Shown: one piece after another, positions 58,992-64,000 of the stretch
Numbering within the stretch: position 1 is the first letter of the stretch
Layout of the letters: the number at the start of each line of letters is the position of its first letter
Assembly (NCBI GenBank): GCA_001775995.1
Contig: MEZH01000001.1
Location: 49,468-113,467 of the forward strand
Length of the DNA: 64,000 bases
Direction: 5' to 3'
DNA from: Candidatus Bathyarchaeota archaeon RBG_16_48_13
GTDB taxonomy: Archaea > Thermoproteota > Bathyarchaeia > RBG-16-48-13
Notes under the pieces: generated by a model
What the model saw: the letters and a program-made list of their open reading frames with translations, nothing else
Told to the model about the DNA's origin: nothing
Databases searched by the model: none
Made by a program: the position numbers and the translations under genes

Positions 58992-60125
58992 TCATCTGAT
59001 CTTCATAGCGAGAGCAAGAATCAATCCGATTGTCATAAAGCTACCCAAAGCCAAGAAGCTGAACGTAACGCTACTTGTCGAATCTAGTATGAGCCCAACT
59101 ACGAAAGGACCGACGACAACCCCCATGTTCAGACAGGTGTTAAGCACACCTGCTCCTATGCCACTTCTCTCTTTTCCCAAGATCTCCTCCGGTAGTGCGA
59201 ATATCACTGAAGGAATAAGGAAATCGAAGATCCCAAGCATTATGGCAAAGGGCAGGAAAAGGCTCTGCTGGATGAAGATGAATGCAAAGAAGACAACTGC
59301 ATTCCCAAATGTGGAAATAAGCATGAAGATCTTTCTCTTTCCCACCTTGTCAGAGAGATAGCCTGCCAGCGGGCAAGCAAATCCGCCAAGCATGAACATG
59401 CTTGCCAATAGATCTGAATAGGCGGAGGGTTGACCCTTGAACTCGAAGAATATCGTCTTTCCCCAAGTACTATAGCCCACCGCTGCCATATTGAAGAACC
59501 CCCAAACAAGCCCAAGCAGCCATATGCTGCGGTTTTTTATTGTGGAAAGTTCGATCCTTCTAGCCTCAACCTTCTTCTCCTTAACGGTCAGCACATACAC
59601 CAAAAGACAGACAACGCTGACGACTACGGAAATGGATACGGCGTATCGCCAACCGTTGACTATTTGTATTGCTCCCAATGAATTGAAGGCTATGACTGTG
59701 GCGAAAGGCATAGCTTGACCCATCACTCCCATTGCAACTCCCATCTCTTTCTTCTCGAAGAACTGATACACGGAGACCGGGGCAATAGCAGTTATGAGAG
59801 CTCCACCGATGCCAAGTATCAATCGGGCTACCTGAAATGACCCGAAGGAAGTGGTCAACACCGAAGCGACCGAACCTATGACTGTGAGCACGAGACCTAA
59901 GCTAACCATCTTTCTGACATTGTATTTCTGTGCAAGAAACCCCGCAACTATGGAAAGTGCTATACTTGGTAACGCGACAAGGAGGATTAGGGTGCTGACG
60001 GTCGAATAATCTACGGCAAACTCGCTCATGATAGCCGGTATTATTGGCGGTATGGATTGCATCGAGAAAAGGAAGGAAAACCAAGACAGAAAGCTAGCGA
60101 GCAGCACTAACCACTTCCGTTCCAT
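58992..60125 (-). CDS. MFS transporter
   Basis: About 12 TM helices; GYLSDKVGKRK loop motif. Confidence 0.9.
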   Translation of the reverse strand: MERKWLVLLASFLSWFSFLFSMQSIPPIIPAIMSEFAVDYSTVSTLILLVALPSIALSIVAGFLAQKYNVRKMVSLGLVLTVIGSVASVLTTSFGSFQVARLILGIGGALITAIAPVSVYQFFEKKEMGVAMGVMGQAMPFATVIAFNSLGAIQIVNGWRYAVSISVVVSVVCLLVYVLTVKEKKVEARRIELSTIKNRSIWLLGLVWGFFNMAAVGYSTWGKTIFFEFKGQPSAYSDLLASMFMLGGFACPLAGYLSDKVGKRKIFMLISTFGNAVVFFAFIFIQQSLFLPFAIMLGIFDFLIPSVIFALPEEILGKERSGIGAGVLNTCLNMGVVVGPFVVGLILDSTSSVTFSFLALGSFMTIGLILALAMKIR

Positions 60126-60330
60126 TCTGTCGCCCCCTATCCCCGCTGTTGACCTCGATTCTATGTTAAAGGGTAATTATGTTTAACCTCAACTTCTTTT
60201 GTTTCTTCATATTTTTGGCATTTCAGATGAAAATTTTTTAGCAGAAGTCCTCTGTCAATTAAAAACTTTCAGAAACACATAAATGGGCAGGCATTATTGA
60301 TAAACACCACCCAAAAGAGGAGTAATTTCT

Positions 60331-60567
60331 ATGATAAAAGCGTTTATTCACATCCGTGTTGCCTCAGGAAAGCTCGATGACATAGCAAAATCGCTTAAAA
60401 AGTTCAAGGAGATTAAGGCCGTTTATGCCATAACTGGTGATTACGACCTACTGGCATGGACTGAAACCACAGACTTCGCTGAAGTAATGAGGCTGGTCAA
60501 GACCCACATATTAACCATGGAGTTCGTTGAGCGGACTTCTACGGCAGTAGTCTACTCAGAATACTAA
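60331..60567 (+). CDS. Stand-alone Lrp/AsnC ligand-binding (RAM) domain protein
   Basis: VYAITGDYDLLA and RTSTAVV; no HTH. Confidence 0.85.
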   Translation: MIKAFIHIRVASGKLDDIAKSLKKFKEIKAVYAITGDYDLLAWTETTDFAEVMRLVKTHILTMEFVERTSTAVVYSEY

Positions 60568-60608
60568 ACCTTCGCAAATATGTAGACGTCAAAAGCGAGG
60601 CATTCACA

Positions 60609-61778
60609 TTGGAGAAAATCGTCCCCAGCGAAGTGGACGTTTGGAGCTTTGGAGACGAGTGGGGCCCAGAAAAGGTTATCCAGACATATGACCCGAAAAC
60701 GAGAAGCCGCGGCATCCTGGTGATCGACAACACTGCCAGGGGACCAGGGAAGGGCGGCATAAGGATGCTGCCTGACGTTACGCCTTATGAAGTTTTTCGG
60801 CTCGCTCGGACAATGACATGGAAGTGTGCCATAGCAGACCTGCCCTTCGGCGGCGCAAAGAGTGGAATAAAAGCAGATCCGAAAATCGTGGACAAGATAG
60901 AGGTCGTGAGGGCTTTCGCAAAGCTGATCAACCCCTACGTCCCATCACAATACATAGCTGCTCCGGACATGAATACAGCTCAGGCCGAGATGGCTGCCTT
61001 CTGCGACGAAATAGGTGATCTAAATGCGGCCACAGGGAAGCCCGCATCGTTGAACGGTATCCCTCACGAGCTCGGAACCACTGGCTACGGTGTTGTCGTT
61101 TCAACAATAGCAGCCTTGAAAACTCTAGGTAAGAATATCAGCGGCATGACTGTGGCGATTCAGGGATTCGGCAACGTCGGGTCCTACGCGGCCAAGTTCT
61201 TCGAGGAGAATGGTGCAAAAATCGTTGGAATCTCAGACATTGATGGAACTATATACAATCCCAATGGTCTAAACATCAATTTTCTGACTGACGTATTCGC
61301 CAAAACGCACAAAGTAACAACATGCCCAGATGCCAAGGTTATGCCAACCGATGCTATTCTTGCGTTGGATGCAGACATTTTGGTTCCAGCAGCTAGGGGA
61401 GGCGTGATAAACCTCAACAACGCCGCCAGCATAAAGGCAAGCCTAATTTCGGAGGGAGCAAACCTTCCAGCCTCTCCAGAAGCTGAAAAGATCCTACAGA
61501 AACGGCTGGGTAAATGGGTAATCCCCGACTTCGTCTGCAACGCTGGTGGTGTCGTGGGCTCGTACGTAGAGTACATAGGCAAACCAGCGAAGGATGCCTT
61601 TAACGTAATAGATGAAAAGCTTTCAAAGAACACAGAGCGCATATTCGAGTTAGCCCAGGGAACTGGGCTGTCCACTCGGGAAGCAGCACTGAGGCTCGCT
61701 CAACAGAGGATAAGTGAAGCGATGGAATATCGAGGCTGGAAAGCCAGAAGTACGATCGGTTCGGGCCGAATCGATTAA
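60609..61778 (+). CDS. Glu/Leu/Phe/Val dehydrogenase (glutamate dehydrogenase-like)
   Basis: GPGKGGIR, MTWKC, GGAKSG, APDMNT, QGFGNVG, EGAN, PDFVCNAGGV. Confidence 0.92.
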   Translation: MEKIVPSEVDVWSFGDEWGPEKVIQTYDPKTRSRGILVIDNTARGPGKGGIRMLPDVTPYEVFRLARTMTWKCAIADLPFGGAKSGIKADPKIVDKIEVVRAFAKLINPYVPSQYIAAPDMNTAQAEMAAFCDEIGDLNAATGKPASLNGIPHELGTTGYGVVVSTIAALKTLGKNISGMTVAIQGFGNVGSYAAKFFEENGAKIVGISDIDGTIYNPNGLNINFLTDVFAKTHKVTTCPDAKVMPTDAILALDADILVPAARGGVINLNNAASIKASLISEGANLPASPEAEKILQKRLGKWVIPDFVCNAGGVVGSYVEYIGKPAKDAFNVIDEKLSKNTERIFELAQGTGLSTREAALRLAQQRISEAMEYRGWKARSTIGSGRID

Positions 61779-61805
61779 TCTACTTTTTTGTTCTGGCTGT
61801 TATCT

Positions 61806-62014
61806 ATGATGATTAGGGTAACAGTCAAACCTAATTCCGAAGAGGAGACCATAGAGAAAGTCTCGGACGATCAATACCTACTGAAGGTTAAGGAACCTGC
61901 CGAGAAGGGAAGGGCAAACGCGGCGGCTGTAAAGCTTTTGCACAGGCACTTCAAAAAAGGGTCAGGATCATAAGAGGCTTCTCAGATAGAGATAAAATCA
62001 TAGAAATTTACTAG
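61806..62014 (+). pseudogene. DUF167 (YggU-like) protein, frameshifted at an A6 run
   Basis: VTVKPNS...VKEPAEKGRANAA...; one extra A restores KKRVRIIRGFSDRDKIIEIY. Confidence 0.7.
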
Positions 62015-62043
62015 TCTAAACAGACTTAGGCGGCGTTCTAAAG

Positions 62044-62649
62044 GTGATAAACCTCGGAGTTTTAGCCTCGGGTAGAGGATCAAACCTCCAAGCTATAATG
62101 GATGCCATAGATGACCAATACATAAAGAATGCGCGCGTCGCGATCGTGATAAGCGACAAGAAAGATGCCATCGCCCTAGAACGAGCCAAGAAGCATAACA
62201 TCCAGACGCTTTTCATGGATCCGAAGAAATTTGCAGATCGCCTAATGTACGACCAAGAGATGGCAAAAAAGCTGGAGGTGCATAAAGTTGACCTCGTCCT
62301 CTTGGCTGGCTACATGCGCATATTGAGTCCAGAGTTCGTCAGGCGCTTTCGAGGTCGCTTGATGAACATCCACCCAGCTCTGCTTCCATCGTTTCCGGGG
62401 CTCCACCCACAGAGAAAAGCCTTGGAATGGGGAGTGAAAGTGACAGGCTGCACGGTACATTTCGTCACAGAGGATGTGGATGCAGGACCGATAATCCTTC
62501 AATATCCAGTTCCAGTTAAGAAATGCGACACGGAGGAAAGCCTCGTCCTGAGAATCTTGGAAAAGGAACACAAGATATTCCCCAAGGCTGTCAAACTATT
62601 CGCGGAAAGTCGTTTGAAAATAGTGGGTAGACGCGTAGAAATTGTGTAG
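62044..62649 (+). CDS. purN: Phosphoribosylglycinamide formyltransferase
   Basis: LASGRGSNLQA, LAGYMRIL, NIHPALLPSFPG, DAGPII. Confidence 0.95.
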   Translation: MINLGVLASGRGSNLQAIMDAIDDQYIKNARVAIVISDKKDAIALERAKKHNIQTLFMDPKKFADRLMYDQEMAKKLEVHKVDLVLLAGYMRILSPEFVRRFRGRLMNIHPALLPSFPGLHPQRKALEWGVKVTGCTVHFVTEDVDAGPIILQYPVPVKKCDTEESLVLRILEKEHKIFPKAVKLFAESRLKIVGRRVEIV

Positions 62650-62670
62650 AAAACATCAAGTCTTCGATGA

Positions 62671-63972
62671 ATGATGCCGACCATCCATATAGGTATTGAT
62701 GACACCGATTCGAAGAGCGGGATGTGCACCACCTACATAGGAGCACTGGTAGCTGATAGGCTGAAGAGATCAGGTGTAGCTCTCTCCGATCTTCCATTTC
62801 TCATAAGGCTCAATCCCAACTGGCCCCTCAAGACAAGGGGCAACTGCGCGGTGGCCATAAGGGTGGAGGCATTATCATCCCAGCTCCCAATAATCAAAGA
62901 CATTGTCCTAACGACAGTGGAAGAGTTCGCCGAACTGCAGTGCGAGACCACAAATCCCGGTGTTGCTTTCTACGTCGGCTCGACAATCCCAGAGAAGCTG
63001 AAGCACTTCTCCAAGAAGGTAATCCAGGATATTGTGACCATAGAAGAAGCGGAGGAAGTGGCCAAGGAGATAAGCGCCGAGGTTCACAAGTTCAAGATGG
63101 GCAGAGGAATAATCGGAGCATTGGCGGCCATAGGCGACCTCCTTCAAGAAGACAAGACCTACGAGCTCATCGCCTACAGGGTGAAAGATAACTGGGGAAC
63201 AAAGAGGAGAGTCGATGAGTCTTCAGTATTCAGCATGGACAGACGCACTTATCCGAAAACCTTTGACAATATCGACCTTCAAACGGGCGAAATAAGGATC
63301 ACTCCACATACTCCATGCCCGATCCTATATGGTATAAGAGCGGAGAGTATGCAGGTCGCTGTAGAAGCTCATGGAATGGTCAAGGCTCTTGAGTCCATAG
63401 AGCGATTGATTGTCTTCAAGACAAATCAAGCCACCGATGAGCACATACTTCAAAAGGAGATTGCCCAGATAAAGCCGCTTCACTCAGTCATGGTTCGAGG
63501 CACTGTTTCGGAGAAACCTCGAACCATATCTGGAGGCCACGTTATCTTCACGATAAAAGACACAAGTGGCGAGATAGATTGCGCTGCCTACGAGCCAACT
63601 AGGAAATTTCGCGATGTCATCAAGGGGCTAATGGTGGGCGATCTCTTGAATGCTTTTGGGGGAGCCAAAAAGAAATCTGGACTACCGCTGACCGTCAATC
63701 TTGAGAAGATCGAGGTTCTTCAACTTGCTCCGGTTCAACGGAAGGTTAACCCATTCTGTCCGAAGTGCGGCAAGACCCTGAAATCTGAAGGAACAAACAA
63801 AGGCTTCTTCTGCAAAAGATGCAAACTGAGATATCCAAAACAAAAGGCCAAATTTGTGTTATATCCACGGGCTCTCAGGAGCGGCTTATATGAGGTGCCT
63901 CCTAGGGCAAGAAGGCACTTGGCAAAGCCTTCGGTCAGGGACCATTCTTGGAGCCTCCCTGAATCACCGTGA
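62671..63972 (+). CDS. tiaS: tRNA(Ile2) agmatinylcytidine synthetase
   Basis: IGIDDTD...GMCTTY, RLNPN...KTRGN, CPILYGIR, YEPT and a C-terminal zinc ribbon. Confidence 0.93.
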   Translation: MMPTIHIGIDDTDSKSGMCTTYIGALVADRLKRSGVALSDLPFLIRLNPNWPLKTRGNCAVAIRVEALSSQLPIIKDIVLTTVEEFAELQCETTNPGVAFYVGSTIPEKLKHFSKKVIQDIVTIEEAEEVAKEISAEVHKFKMGRGIIGALAAIGDLLQEDKTYELIAYRVKDNWGTKRRVDESSVFSMDRRTYPKTFDNIDLQTGEIRITPHTPCPILYGIRAESMQVAVEAHGMVKALESIERLIVFKTNQATDEHILQKEIAQIKPLHSVMVRGTVSEKPRTISGGHVIFTIKDTSGEIDCAAYEPTRKFRDVIKGLMVGDLLNAFGGAKKKSGLPLTVNLEKIEVLQLAPVQRKVNPFCPKCGKTLKSEGTNKGFFCKRCKLRYPKQKAKFVLYPRALRSGLYEVPPRARRHLAKPSVRDHSWSLPESP

Positions 63973-64000
63973 CGGCAAAGGTATGTCTAGGAGCCTTCCA

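Noticed and set aside
5702-61675. Long antisense or alternative-frame ORFs (e.g. 5702-6388, 14476-15027, 29374-30006, 31809-32561, 36420-36998, 43000-43569, 61184-61675)
   Set aside because: They are shadows of well-supported genes on the opposite strand and have no motifs of their own.
61945-61965. Programmed -1 ribosomal frameshift in DUF167
   Set aside because: The A tract does not form an in-frame X XXY YYZ heptamer and no stimulatory structure was evident; an indel is more parsimonious.

Overview
A 64-kb window of a core archaeal chromosome. It is TACK-like and most consistent with Bathyarchaeia, an inference from PolD DP1/DP2, Hef, Elf1, DUF2070, Mer-like oxidoreductases and multi-intron tRNAs. 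It carries the probable replication origin (ORB boxes upstream of cdc6, with polD DP1 and DP2 nearby) and information-processing genes (uL16, dph2, csl4, rpoL, TFS, PCNA, SRP54, dph6, dys, aIF5A, nob1, tiaS). Metabolic genes include NfnAB, a class II ribonucleotide reductase, a rearranged A-type ATP synthase cluster, gcvT and glutamate dehydrogenase. Twelve tRNA genes were read by eye; nine contain introns (about 20 in total), several at non-canonical positions such as 8/9, 9/10, 34/35, 59/60 and 68/69. Two regions are not explained by standard annotation. (1) An origin-flanking cassette of uncharacterised (w)HTH proteins, one of them membrane-anchored and coiled-coil, sits around a dense array of TGTGATATCACA palindromes and GTGA/TCAC half-sites; it is a candidate origin-tethering, segregation or cell-cycle module. 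(2) A 1-kb island at the 3' end of tRNA-Arg contains a ~10-bp-phased TACCRGTGG repeat array and an SSV1-like int(N) footprint. Several disrupted genes are also visible, including a Hef whose helicase half is destroyed while the XPF nuclease half stays open. All calls come from reading the sequence; no database searches were run.
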